A stretch of DNA of 64,000 nucleotides from contig JAWLHJ010000002.1 in NCBI GenBank assembly GCA_041690395.1, forward strand, positions 128,001-192,000. Reading direction: 5' to 3'. Origin of the DNA: Longimicrobiales bacterium (lineage in GTDB: Bacteria > Gemmatimonadota > Gemmatimonadetes > Longimicrobiales > Gaopeijiaceae). The notes under the pieces were generated by a model that ran no database searches, was not told the origin of the DNA, and saw only the letters and a list, made by a program, of their open reading frames with translations. Shown piece after piece: positions 40,497 to 54,229 of this stretch. The translations under genes and the position numbers were made by a program. Position 1 is the stretch's first letter. The number at the start of each line of letters is the position of its first letter.

Positions 40497-41651
40497 TTAC
40501 CGTCCCGACGCGTCGGCCTGGATGTCTTCGATCTCGCCCTGGATGGAGAGGAAGACGTCCAGGATGTCGGCGTCGAACCGCGTGCCGCTCTCCTCGCGCA
40601 TCATCCCCAGCACCTCGGCATTCGGGACCGCGGCCCGGTAGGGCCGGTCGAACGTGAGGGCGTCGAAGAAGTCCACGACCGCGCAGATCCGGGCCTCGAT
40701 GGGTATCTCCTCCCTGGCGATCCCGTTCGGATACCCACTCCCGTCCCAGGTCTCGTGGTGCGCCATCGCGACCCGCTGTCCCATCTGGATGACCGGAGAC
40801 GACGAGCCGGCGAGGATCTGCCCACCGATGGTGGTGTGCGTGTTCATGACCTCGCGCTCTTCCGGCGTGAGCGGGCCCGGCTTCAGCAGGATGTGGTCCG
40901 GAATGCCGAGCTTGCCGACGTCGTGCATGGGCGCGGCATGGCGGATCGTGTCGATGAAGCTGGGCGCCAGGTGCATGGCGCGCGCCATGACCTCCGAGTA
41001 CCGCCCGATCCGCTCGATGTGGCCCGCGGTGTCGTGATCCTTGTACTCCGCGGCCAGCGTCAGGCGGTAGATCGTGTCGAGGTGCCCTTCCTGGACCCGG
41101 CGCTGGGCCGCCGTGACGTCTTCGAGCGCACGCCGGAGCTCGCGCGTGCGACGCTCGACGGTGGCCTCGAGGGTCGCCTGGCTGGCGAGGATCTCGTCCT
41201 GGGCCGCCTTGAGCTCGAGCAGCCACCGGAGTCGGAGTTGGAGCTCGACGTGGTCGACGGGCTTGTTGATGAAGTCGTTGATGCCCGCTTCGTACGCGCG
41301 GAGCCGGTCCTCCCGTGCTTCGAGGCTCGTCACCATCACGATGGGAAGGTCCTGGGCGCTGCGGCTCTCGCGGATCTTCTTGGCCACGTCGAAGCCGTCG
41401 AGGTTCGGCATGTGCGCGTCGGTCAGCACCAGATCGACCCCGAGCGCCACCTTGGCGAGCGCCTCGATTCCGTCGGCGGCGACCTCGACGTCGTAGCCGA
41501 AGCCCCGCACGAACTCCGCATGCAGCGTGCGAGCCAGCTCGTCGTCGTCGGCGACCAGGATGGTGAAGCGCCGCGCCCTCCTGTCGCGCGTCAGCGCAGG
41601 AGGTCCGGAAGCGGGGTCCGCTCGAGCAGATGAGGTGGAATCGGGGGTCAC
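40497..41651 (-). CDS. response regulator with HD-GYP phosphodiesterase domain
   Basis: REC domain (DD..D..KP), HDVGK, HHETWDGSGYP. Confidence 0.92.
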   Translation of the reverse strand: MTPDSTSSARADPASGPPALTRDRRARRFTILVADDDELARTLHAEFVRGFGYDVEVAADGIEALAKVALGVDLVLTDAHMPNLDGFDVAKKIRESRSAQDLPIVMVTSLEAREDRLRAYEAGINDFINKPVDHVELQLRLRWLLELKAAQDEILASQATLEATVERRTRELRRALEDVTAAQRRVQEGHLDTIYRLTLAAEYKDHDTAGHIERIGRYSEVMARAMHLAPSFIDTIRHAAPMHDVGKLGIPDHILLKPGPLTPEEREVMNTHTTIGGQILAGSSSPVIQMGQRVAMAHHETWDGSGYPNGIAREEIPIEARICAVVDFFDALTFDRPYRAAVPNAEVLGMMREESGTRFDADILDVFLSIQGEIEDIQADASGR

Positions 41652-41716
41652 GGGCCTGCGTAGGTCGGGTGGGATGCCGTCACAAGCTATGCGCGCTCGA
41701 CCCGCCGGGCCAAGGG

Positions 41717-42208
41717 TCACGCGTCGCCGCGCGCCTCGACGAAGTCTTCTGCACACTGCTCCCCGATGGTGAAGAGCATGTGCATCCCACGCACCGGCGT
41801 CGTCCCGATCCACGTCCGGTGCCATGTGATCGCCGTCGAGCTCCCGTCACCGAACGGCTCGTGCAACTCCACGCGCGCCGCGAACGCGATGAGGCCGCTG
41901 TCGTAGAGCGTCTCGACGCGACACACCAGGAACCGCTCCGCCGTGGGGTCGAGAGCCACGCCGAGCTCTTCGAGCGTGTTCTCGAACGTCTGGACGACCG
42001 CGTCGCGGAACTGGTCCTCTGTCGCCCCTCCGGCCGTCTCCGTGATGAGATCGTCCCACTGCACGGCAGCGCGGACCCCGAGCGGCGTCGCTCCCGCCAG
42101 CCTCGAAGGATCGCCGAAGCTGGCGTCCTGAGCCGCCGCCGGAGTCGTCCAGAGCCCGGGTACCGCGAGAAGGAGCGCGAGCGCGAGGGCTCTCGGAGAT
42201 GTCCGCAT
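41717..42208 (-). CDS. hypothetical secreted protein
   Basis: signal peptide ending AAA-Q; host-like codon usage. Confidence 0.65.
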   Translation of the reverse strand: MRTSPRALALALLLAVPGLWTTPAAAQDASFGDPSRLAGATPLGVRAAVQWDDLITETAGGATEDQFRDAVVQTFENTLEELGVALDPTAERFLVCRVETLYDSGLIAFAARVELHEPFGDGSSTAITWHRTWIGTTPVRGMHMLFTIGEQCAEDFVEARGDA

Positions 42209-42257
42209 GACGATGGCGCTCCTGCGTGGCTCGAACGGGGTGTGGTGGCCGGACGCT

Positions 42258-42974
42258 CTACCCACGGTCCGCTGGGGGCGTTCCGGATTCCGTCCCTGGC
42301 CGGGAGTCAGCAGGAGGCTTTCTGAACAGCGCCACGTTGTCGGCCGGAGTCTCGAGGTCCCAGGCGAAACGGCCCGCGATCCAGCGGAGGGTTTCGGGGG
42401 CGTAGAACGCCACGTGGGTCGGGTCGCGCACGTACCACCACGTCTCGAAGTCGATGTCCTCGGTGAACAGGCCGGTCATCAGGCCGAGCCACCCGCCGGG
42501 CCGGAGCAGCGCGTCGAAGCGCTCGAACTCCACCGCCGGCTCGAAGAAGTGCTCGGCCGTCTCCGTGCACGTCACGAAGTCGTACGTGGCGCGCAGCACC
42601 TCCTCGTCCGGAGCGAAGAACGGGTCGTAGACGGCCGTCGGGAACCCGCGCTCGCCCAGCATGACCGACAGCGTCGGGCCGGGCCCGGAGCCGTAGTCCA
42701 GCCCCCTCGCCCCCAAGTCGAGGCGCGCCGCCAAAGGAACGGCCAGACGGTCGAGGAAAGCGCGGTAGCCCGGGTCGGCCGCGTCGTTCTCGTGGGTCTC
42801 GTACCGCGCTCGCTCCCGGGCCGCGTCGAGGTGAGCCGCGGGATCGAGAAACACGAGCGCGCACCGGTCGCAGCGGTGGTAGCGATCCCCGCCGACCCGC
42901 GCGAACGCCGCCGCCCCGCCGGTGCCGCATAGCGGACAGGTGAGCGAATGCTCGGCCTCGCCCCCCGCCGTCAC
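42258..42974 (-). CDS. class I SAM-dependent methyltransferase with N-terminal Zn-ribbon
   Basis: CPLC..CDRC, LDYGSGPGP, YDPFF, ETAEH. Confidence 0.85.
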   Translation of the reverse strand: MTAGGEAEHSLTCPLCGTGGAAAFARVGGDRYHRCDRCALVFLDPAAHLDAARERARYETHENDAADPGYRAFLDRLAVPLAARLDLGARGLDYGSGPGPTLSVMLGERGFPTAVYDPFFAPDEEVLRATYDFVTCTETAEHFFEPAVEFERFDALLRPGGWLGLMTGLFTEDIDFETWWYVRDPTHVAFYAPETLRWIAGRFAWDLETPADNVALFRKPPADSRPGTESGTPPADRG

Positions 42975-43138
42975 GCCACGTTGCTCCGGATCCGGCCGAT
43001 GCCTACGATGCGGTCGTCCGCCACTCGCTCCACCCGCCCGGACTCGACGGCTCCATGATCGCGTTGACGCCACGTCATACGGACGCACCGAGCGCGCGAC
43101 CGCCCGTCGCGCGCATCCCGACGGGGAGGGGCTGAAGC

Positions 43139-43681
43139 GTGCGGTACGGCTCGGTGGCGCGTGCATTCCATTGGGGGACGTCGCTCGCCGTCGGCGTGAT
43201 GCTCGCCGCCGGAATCCTGATGACGAGCGAGCCCCTCGCGGCCTACGCGGATCCCTTGTACGTGCTTCACAAGGGGCTCGGCAGCGTACTCCTGGTGGCG
43301 GTGCTCGCCCGGCTGGCCTGGCGTCTCACCCACCCCGCCCCCCCGCTCCCGGACTCGGTGCCGCAGGTGCAGGCGCGACTGATGCGCGCCACGCACGCCG
43401 CCCTCTACGTGCTCCTCGTGGTCATGACGGTCAGCGGGTACGTGCGCACGGTCGGGGACGGCTTCCCCATCGAGCTCCTCGACGCGCTCGGCATTCCGCC
43501 GCTCATCTCCGACGCGCCTCGAGTGGCCGGGTATGCGCTGGTCATCCATCAGCTCACCGCGTACGCGCTCACGGCGCTGATCGCCGTGCACGTCGGCGCG
43601 GCCCTGAACGACGCCTTCGTGGAGCGGAAGGGTGTCTTCCGGCGCATGTGGCCACCGTGGAGCGAGCGCGACGGGGGCTGA
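43139..43681 (+). CDS. cytochrome b561 (CybB/YceJ family)
   Basis: FHW, HKGLG, four TMs, conserved His residues. Confidence 0.88.
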   Translation: MRYGSVARAFHWGTSLAVGVMLAAGILMTSEPLAAYADPLYVLHKGLGSVLLVAVLARLAWRLTHPAPPLPDSVPQVQARLMRATHAALYVLLVVMTVSGYVRTVGDGFPIELLDALGIPPLISDAPRVAGYALVIHQLTAYALTALIAVHVGAALNDAFVERKGVFRRMWPPWSERDGG

Positions 43682-43693
43682 CGGCCGCCGAAG

Positions 43694-44560
43694 TCAGTAC
43701 CCGAGCAGCGTGCCACTGAACACGTCCTCGACCGGTCCTCGCAGGACGACGTCCAGGTCGCCGGTGACCGTGACATGGAGCGTCCCGCCGGGCATCTCGA
43801 CACGTACTTCGGACGGCTCGAGCCAGCCGCTCGACACCGCCGCCACCGCCACCGCGCAGGCGCTCGTCCCGGACGCGCTGGTGGGCCCGACCCCACGTTC
43901 CCAGACGAGCGCGCTGATACGGCCGGGCCCCTCCACGCGTGCGAGCTGCACGTTGGAGCCGTGGGCCAAGGAGGGGTGCGCGACGAGGTGTGACCCGACG
44001 CGCTCGAGCTCGGCGTCGGTCAGCTCCTCGGACGCCACCACGAGGTGCGGATTCCCGACCGACACCGGAACGACCGGCAGAGGCAGGCCGCCCGGCCCTT
44101 CGATCCGCCCTTCGGCATCGAGGGCCGCTGCATCGAGGGCGATCGCGGCCGCACCGACCTCGGCCCGACCCATCTCCACCGAAACGTCCAGCTCACGCCC
44201 CGACCGGCCGTGGACGACGAGCTCGACCTCCCCTCCCCCGACTTCCACCCGGAACCGGCTCTGCCGTTCGGTGATCCGGGACAGATACGCGGCGAGGACG
44301 CGCAGCCCGTTGCCGCTCCGCTCGAACTCCGAGCCGTCGGGGTTGAACATCCGTGCCCGGAAGCGCCCATCGGAGCGATCTGCGAGCAGCACCACGATGC
44401 CGTCGGATCCCACGCCGCGGTGTGGGTGGCATATCCGCATGACCGCCTCGGGCGTCGCGCGCCAGGCATCGCCCTCCTCGAACACGAGGTAGTCGTTGCC
44501 GAGGCCGTGCGCCTTGAAGAACGAGGCGCCGACCGAGGGCGGTGGGGGCCAAGCGGGCAT
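43694..44560 (-). CDS. dapF: diaminopimelate epimerase-like protein with Ser at both catalytic positions
   Basis: HGLGND, GVGSDG, FNPDGSEFERSGNG, GNPH, WERGVGPTSASGTS. Confidence 0.82.
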   Translation of the reverse strand: MPAWPPPPSVGASFFKAHGLGNDYLVFEEGDAWRATPEAVMRICHPHRGVGSDGIVVLLADRSDGRFRARMFNPDGSEFERSGNGLRVLAAYLSRITERQSRFRVEVGGGEVELVVHGRSGRELDVSVEMGRAEVGAAAIALDAAALDAEGRIEGPGGLPLPVVPVSVGNPHLVVASEELTDAELERVGSHLVAHPSLAHGSNVQLARVEGPGRISALVWERGVGPTSASGTSACAVAVAAVSSGWLEPSEVRVEMPGGTLHVTVTGDLDVVLRGPVEDVFSGTLLGY

Positions 44561-44786
44561 GGTGTGAAGACCAGCGAGAGGGACACGCGCGTCCGCGCCT
44601 TCCGGCGGCGGACACGAAACCGGACGCCTCGAATTACGTAGGGGCGGCCGTCCCGGCGCAACCATTCGGACCGGGACTCCGTCGAAGAGGGAGGTCGCAG
44701 GAGCGGCCGGGGCGGGCCGTCGATGAGTGTCGTGGTACGACCGGAGTTGGTCGGCACCACGCCAGGGATCTCCAGGGAGTCGGACG

Positions 44787-47468
44787 ATGTCGAAATGGGT
44801 CGGGGTGGTGGGGTTGTGGCTGATCACGCTCATGGGTTCCGTGCCGGCCGGGGTCGCGGCCTTCCAGGACGGATCGTCGGACGGCCCGCCGCGAGCCCGC
44901 TGGGCCGGCGCGACCGCTCCCGCGCTCCCGGTGCTGAACGCGACACGGGTCGACGACGAGACCATCGAGATCGACGGGCGCGCGGACGAGGCGGCATGGC
45001 GCACGGCTCAGGCGGCGTCGGACTTCATCCAGTTCGAGCCCGTCGAAGGAGCTCCGGCCTCGGAACGCACGGAGGCGAGGGTCCTGTACGGGAGCGGCGC
45101 CCTCTTCGTCTTCCTGAAGGCATGGGAGTCGCGTCCGGAGGAGATCGTCGGCCAGCTCACGCGTCGCGATCAGGGATCCCACTCGGACATCCTGGGCGTG
45201 GTCATCGACTCGTACTTCGACCGCCGCACGGCCTTCCAGTTCGCCGTGAATCCGGTGGGCGTCAAGCACGACGTCTATCACTTCGACGACACGAGCGAGG
45301 ACTCGGGGTGGGACGCGGTGTGGAACGTCGAGACGTCGATCGATGCCGACGGCTGGTCCGCGGAGTTCCGGATTCCCTATTCGCAGCTCCGCTTCCGCGA
45401 GGGCGCGAGGCAGACGTGGGGCATCAACTTCATCCGCCGCATCGCGCGCCACCAGGAGATGACCGTCTGGGCGCCGAGCACGCGCTCCGACGGGGCGATC
45501 GTCTCCCGCTTCGGTGAGCTACGCGGCCTGACGGACATCGACACGCCGGGCCGAATGGAGGTGCTCCCCTACACGCTCGCGGGAGCCGAGCGAGGCCCGG
45601 GTGACACGGCCGACCCCTTCTACCGGACGACCGACCCGATCGGGGCGGTCGGCGCCGACCTCAAGTACGGCGTCACGTCCGACCTCACGCTCGACGTCAC
45701 GATCAACCCCGACTTCGGTCAGGTCGAGGCGGATCCCGCTCAGGTGAACCTCTCGGCTCTGGAGACCTTCCTCCCCGAGCGGCGGCCGTTCTTCGTCGAA
45801 GGCTCGAGCATCTTCAACTTCTCGCTCGCGTTGGGCGACGGGGACGGCGCGGTGGAGTCGCTGTTCTACTCCCGCCGGATCGGACGTGCGCCGCAGGGCG
45901 ACGTCGACATCGCCGACGACGCGTACTCCGACGCGGACGACCGCACCACGATCTACGCGGCGTGGAAGCTCTCCGGGAAAACGGCCGGCGGCTGGTCGAT
46001 CGGTGCCCTCCACGCCGTCACGGCCGAGGAGCGCGCGATCGTGGCGCCGGCGACCGGGCCACGCTATCACGAGGCCGTCGAGCCGCTCTCCAACTACGGC
46101 GTCCTCCGGATCTCGAAGGACTTCCGCGACGGGCGCTCCGCCGTCGGGCTGATCGGGACCGGCACCCGCCGGGACGCGGACGTGGCCGAGGCCCTCGAGC
46201 TCCGCTCGGAAGCCTATGCCGGCGGGGTCGACTTCAGACACCGCTTCGGCGCCGACAACTGGCAGCTGTCGGGGTACCTGATCGGAAGCCGCGTGAGTGG
46301 CTCCCCGGACGCCATCGACCGCACGCAGCGATCGGCGGCGCGCTACTACCAGCGACCCGACGCAGAGCATCTGACCTACGACCCGAACCGTACCTCCCTC
46401 ACGGGAGCTTCGGCGAACGTCGGTGTCAGCAAGATCGCCGGCGGCTTCTGGCGCGTGGGCACGGGTGTGCAGACCCGCACGCCCGGCTTCGAGGTAAACG
46501 ACCTCGGATTCCTGAACGAAGCCGACTACGCAACGCACTGGGGATGGCTCGGCTACCACCGCTCGAATCCCGTGGGGCCATTCCGCCGGGTGAACGTGAA
46601 CCTGAACGCGTTCCACAGCTGGAGCTATGGAGGCGACCGGATCGGGACGGGCGGCAACGTGAACACGAACTTCCAGCTCCACAACTTCTGGAATGCCTGG
46701 GCCGGGGTGAACCACGACCTGGAGGCGCTCGACGCCGGCACGTTGCGCGGCGGTCCGCTCTTCCGACGTGAAGCGCAGACGAACTTCTGGGGTGGCCTCG
46801 GCACGGACTCCAGGAAGGCGGTTCAGGTCAACGTGAGCACGTTCGGGAACGTGCGGCCGGAAAGCGACTCCTGGCAGTTGAACCTGTCTCCGAACATCCG
46901 CATCCGGCCGTCCGGCCGGGCCACGTTCAACATCGGAGCGTTCTTCAACCAGCGCATCGACGACCGACAGTGGGTCGCCAGGGTGGAGACCGATCGGCAG
47001 CACTACCTGTTCGGTCGAATCGACCAGACCACGGTGGGCGCCACGCTCCGCGCGGACTACGCGTTCACCCCCACGCTCTCGGTCCAGCTCTACGCCCAGC
47101 CGTTCGTCAGCGCCGGGAGCTACGACCGCTTCAAGCAGGTCGCCGACCCGACCGCCGCCCGTTACGACGACCGCTTCACGGGCATCGCGGTCCGGGCCGA
47201 CGGCGACGAATACCTCTCCGATCTGGACGGAGACGCGGTCGAAGAGTCGTTCGACGACCCCGACTTCAACGTGCGCCAATTCCGGTCGAACGCCGTCCTG
47301 AGGTGGGAGTATCGGCCGGGCTCCACGCTCTACGTGGTCTGGTCCCAGGGGAGAGACGATTCACCGGACGCCGGCGCCTTCGATCTCGCGCGCGACGTGC
47401 GCGGCCTCTTCGACACGCACCCGACCAACGTGTTCATGGTGAAGCTGTCGTACTGGCTGGGCAGGTAG
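44787..47468 (+). CDS. secreted/outer-membrane DUF5916-like protein with CBM9-like N-terminal domain
   Basis: IDGxxDExxW, WSAEFRIPYSQLRF, INPDFGQVEAD, ERRPFF, SRRIG; aromatic C-terminal beta-strand. Confidence 0.8.
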   Translation: MSKWVGVVGLWLITLMGSVPAGVAAFQDGSSDGPPRARWAGATAPALPVLNATRVDDETIEIDGRADEAAWRTAQAASDFIQFEPVEGAPASERTEARVLYGSGALFVFLKAWESRPEEIVGQLTRRDQGSHSDILGVVIDSYFDRRTAFQFAVNPVGVKHDVYHFDDTSEDSGWDAVWNVETSIDADGWSAEFRIPYSQLRFREGARQTWGINFIRRIARHQEMTVWAPSTRSDGAIVSRFGELRGLTDIDTPGRMEVLPYTLAGAERGPGDTADPFYRTTDPIGAVGADLKYGVTSDLTLDVTINPDFGQVEADPAQVNLSALETFLPERRPFFVEGSSIFNFSLALGDGDGAVESLFYSRRIGRAPQGDVDIADDAYSDADDRTTIYAAWKLSGKTAGGWSIGALHAVTAEERAIVAPATGPRYHEAVEPLSNYGVLRISKDFRDGRSAVGLIGTGTRRDADVAEALELRSEAYAGGVDFRHRFGADNWQLSGYLIGSRVSGSPDAIDRTQRSAARYYQRPDAEHLTYDPNRTSLTGASANVGVSKIAGGFWRVGTGVQTRTPGFEVNDLGFLNEADYATHWGWLGYHRSNPVGPFRRVNVNLNAFHSWSYGGDRIGTGGNVNTNFQLHNFWNAWAGVNHDLEALDAGTLRGGPLFRREAQTNFWGGLGTDSRKAVQVNVSTFGNVRPESDSWQLNLSPNIRIRPSGRATFNIGAFFNQRIDDRQWVARVETDRQHYLFGRIDQTTVGATLRADYAFTPTLSVQLYAQPFVSAGSYDRFKQVADPTAARYDDRFTGIAVRADGDEYLSDLDGDAVEESFDDPDFNVRQFRSNAVLRWEYRPGSTLYVVWSQGRDDSPDAGAFDLARDVRGLFDTHPTNVFMVKLSYWLGR

Positions 47469-47534
47469 GTCGGCGGACCGCGCGACCCGGCGGGACCTCG
47501 GTTGGAGATTCCTCCCGGCCGCGCGGCTCCGGCG

Positions 47535-47720
47535 TCAGATCAGATTCCAGTAGGCGGTCGTCCTGCACTTCTTCCAGATCAAGTAGCCCTTGCATAGCTC
47601 GGAGCAGGGGGCGCCGCCGATCCTGGAGCACTCGGCCGCCTCGACCGGCCTGCCCGGCACCAGGAAGAACGAGCACAGGGTGACGAGGAGCGCGATGCCA
47701 TAGAACGCCTTCGCGGTCAT
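47535..47720 (-). CDS. small secreted Cys-rich peptide (61 aa)
   Basis: GGAGG RBS; 28-aa signal peptide ending VEA; 33-aa mature region with 4 Cys. Confidence 0.62.
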   Translation of the reverse strand: MTAKAFYGIALLVTLCSFFLVPGRPVEAAECSRIGGAPCSELCKGYLIWKKCRTTAYWNLI

Positions 47721-47824
47721 GGGGACCTCCCGTGTGATGAGGTGGGCGATGGCGGACGATGGCCGTCGCCCCGGGACAACTCCATGCCCGATCGGGCCCG
47801 CGGGCCGGGAGTTCACCGACGCCC

Positions 47825-47853
47825 TTGGATTCCTGACCCTTCCCCCCTAGCTT
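47825..47853 (+). promoter_or_regulatory. putative sigma70 promoter of the metH leader
   Basis: TTGGAT-N17-TAGCTT about 20 nt before the riboswitch. Confidence 0.45.
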
Positions 47854-47873
47854 GAGTGTGTAGAAAAAGACAC

Positions 47874-47950
47874 CGGGGCGATTTGAGGCATATTGCGGCC
47901 CGCCTGGCACCTCCATCGGGGAGCGCCGGGCAAACGAGCTAAAACGCCGT
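47874..47950 (+). ncRNA. SAM-II-type riboswitch with a long loop (inserted hairpin)
   Basis: GATTTG..TTGC..GCTAAA consensus; P1 cggggc/ggcccg; pseudoknot ggcatattgc/gctaaaacgcc; upstream of metH. Confidence 0.75.
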
Positions 47951-47983
47951 GCCCCTTCGCGAACCTGTCGCGGTGGGGTTTTT
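47951..47983 (+). terminator. intrinsic terminator (putative riboswitch expression platform)
   Basis: stem gcccc..cgcga/tcgcg..ggggt followed by a T tract, between the aptamer and metH. Confidence 0.65.
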
Positions 47984-48010
47984 CCGTTTCAGCCACAGAA
48001 GAGCGAGCAG

Positions 48011-51720
<3,710 letters not shown>

Positions 51721-51724
<4 letters not shown>

Positions 51725-53571
51725 GGGAGCTGATCGACGACGGTCGGGTCCACGTTTTCGACGGGGCGATGGGCACCCTGCTCTACAGCCGTGGCGTGTT
51801 CGTGAACGTCTGCTACGACCAGCTGAGCCTCGACCGCCCCGACACGATCCGACGCATTCACGAGGAGTACGTCGCGGCCGGAGCGGAGATCCTCGAGACG
51901 AACACCTTCGGCGCGAATCCCGTGAAGCTGTCCGCCTACGGGCTCGCCGACCGGACCGAGGAGATCAACCGGGCGGCGGCCGGTCTCGCGATCGAGGCGG
52001 CCGGCGACACCGTGTGGGTCACGGGCGCGATCGGCCCGCTCGGCATCCGGATCGAGCCGTTCGGACCGACATCGAGGGAGGAGGCGCAGGAGCTCTTCGG
52101 CAGGCAGGTCGACGGGCTCCTCGAAGGCGGAGTGCACGGCTTCGTGCTCGAGACCTTCTCCGATCTGACGGAGATCGAGTACGCGTTCCGGGCCGTTCGC
52201 GAGCGCACCGACCTCCCGGTCGTCGCCCAGATGACGGTCGGGCAGGACGGACGCACGTCGTACGGGGCCGACGCGGCGCAGGTCGCCCGGGCGCTGACGG
52301 ACCTGGGCGCCGACGTCGTCGGGCTCAACTGCTCCGTCGGACCCGCGGTCATGCTCGACGCGATCGAGACTATGGCGCAGGCCACGTCTCTGCCCCTCGT
52401 CGCCCAGCCGAACGCCGGACTCCCCCGCACGGTCGGCGACCGCAAGATGTATCTCGCCAGCCCGGAGTACATGGCGCAGTACGCCCTCCGGATGATCGAC
52501 GCCGGGGTACGCTTCGTGGGCGGGTGCTGCGGCACGACTCCCGACCACGTGCGGAAGCTGCGGGCCGCCGTGGCGTCCACCCAACCTCGACACGCCACCG
52601 TTCGCGTGCCCGACGCGCCGCGGGCCGAGCGCGCGTCCGCCGGGAAGGTCCTCGTTCCGCTGGAGGCCCGCTCCGCCTGGGGGCGCAAGCTGGCACGGGG
52701 AGAGCCCGTCGTGTCCGTGGAGATCCTTCCACCCGAGGGATGGGCCACCGAGGAGCTCGTCCGTCCCGCCCGTAAGCTGAAGGTCGCGGGCGTGGACGCG
52801 GTCGCGGTGCTCGAGAGCCCACGGGCACGTAGCCGCATGAGCGCGCTGTCGGCCGCCACCATCATCGAGCGAGAGGTCGGCATCGAGACCATCCTGCACT
52901 ACACGTGCAGGGACAAGAACATGCTCGGCATGATCTCCGACCTGTTGGGTGCGGCGGCGTCCGGGCTCCACAACCTGTTGGTCGTCAGCGGCGAGCTCCC
53001 GACCATGGGACCCTACCCGGACGCGACCGCCGTCTTCGACATCGACGCCATCGGGCTCACCAACGTGATCCAGGGCCTGAACCGCGGGGTGGACCCCGGC
53101 GGCAATCCCATCGGCGACCCGACCGAGTTCGTCCAGGGTGTCGCCATCAATCAGGGAGCCGTGGACCAGGCCCGGGAGCTCGAGCGGTTCCGGTACAAGG
53201 TCGAGGCCGGCGCCGACTACGCGGTCTCGCAACCCGTGTTCGACCCCGAGGCCCTGGAGCGTTTCCTGGAAGCGTCCGGGCGGACCATCCCCGTCGTAGC
53301 CGGCATCTGGCCGCTCCTCGACCTCCGTAACGCGGAGTTCCTGGCCAACGAGATGCCCGGGGTGCGCGTGCCCGCGCGCGTGGTCGAGCGGATGCGGGAA
53401 GCGCAGGATTCGGGGAAGGACGCCGCGCTGGAGGAAGGCATCCGCATCGCGCTGGAAACGGTCGAAGCCGTGCGCCCCTTCGTGAGCGGCTTTCACGTGC
53501 ACGCGCCCGACCGGCGGGTCGACGTGGCGCTCAGCGTGCTCCGGGAGGGCGGGTTGCGGGCCACGGCCTGA
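51721..53571 (+). CDS. bifunctional homocysteine S-methyltransferase / methylenetetrahydrofolate reductase (YitJ-like)
   Basis: DGAMG, LNCS, GGCCG, then an MTHFR domain (SVEILPP, HYTCRD, SQPVFD); TTG start overlaps the metH stop. Confidence 0.9.
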
Positions 53572-53692
53572 ACGGCGGCCGCGCCCCCCACCCACGGCGG
53601 CAACGCCTGGAGATGGACTGGGCGTGGGGCCGGCTGGAAGATTCGGGCTTGGCTATATTCGGATCAGTCAACTCTGGAAGGAAAGGTATCCA

Positions 53693-54172
53693 ATGGGGAT
53701 CTTCAACTTCGTGAAGGAAGCCGGCGCCAAGGTCGGCCTCGGCGAGTCACCGTCCGAGGCAGCGGCGGAAGCCGCCAAGGACGAAGAGCTCCACGAGCTG
53801 CGGGAGGGGAACCGTCTCCTGCGCGTCCTTCTGGGGCTCGACCTGGGGATCGACAAGCCCCGGGTGACGTATGACGACGGCGTGGCGACGATCTCGGGAA
53901 CGGCCCCCAGCCAGGCAGTCAAGGAGAAGGCCGTCCTGGCGATCGGCAACTGCGCTGGGGTCGCCTCGGTGGATGACCGGATCGACGTCGTCGAAGCCGC
54001 GGCCGAAGCCGTCTTCTACACGGTGAAGAAGGGCGACACGCTGGGTGCCATCGCCAAGGAACACCTCGGCTCCGCCCAGCGGTACCCGGAGATCTTCGAG
54101 GCCAACAAGCCCATGCTGAAGGACCCGAACCTCATCTATCCCGGGCAGGTGCTGCGCATCCCCCAGGACTAG
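53693..54172 (+). CDS. kbp: BON-LysM protein (Kbp/YgaU family)
   Basis: MGIFNFVKEAG, BON domain, YTVKKGDTL..IYPGQVLRIP. Confidence 0.88.
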   Translation: MGIFNFVKEAGAKVGLGESPSEAAAEAAKDEELHELREGNRLLRVLLGLDLGIDKPRVTYDDGVATISGTAPSQAVKEKAVLAIGNCAGVASVDDRIDVVEAAAEAVFYTVKKGDTLGAIAKEHLGSAQRYPEIFEANKPMLKDPNLIYPGQVLRIPQD

Positions 54173-54229
54173 AGCCGTCCTGGGGGACCCGTCCGTTCAT
54201 GGGCGTCGACCCCGCTCGCTACACTCGCA

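Noticed and set aside
47535..47816. 93-aa version of the Cys-rich peptide, or a RiPP gene cluster
   Set aside because: The RBS and signal peptide point to ATG 47720, and no radical SAM, lanthipeptide or transporter genes are adjacent.
47900..47950. SAH or SAM-I riboswitch interpretation
   Set aside because: The core motifs of those classes are absent; the SAM-II pattern fits better.
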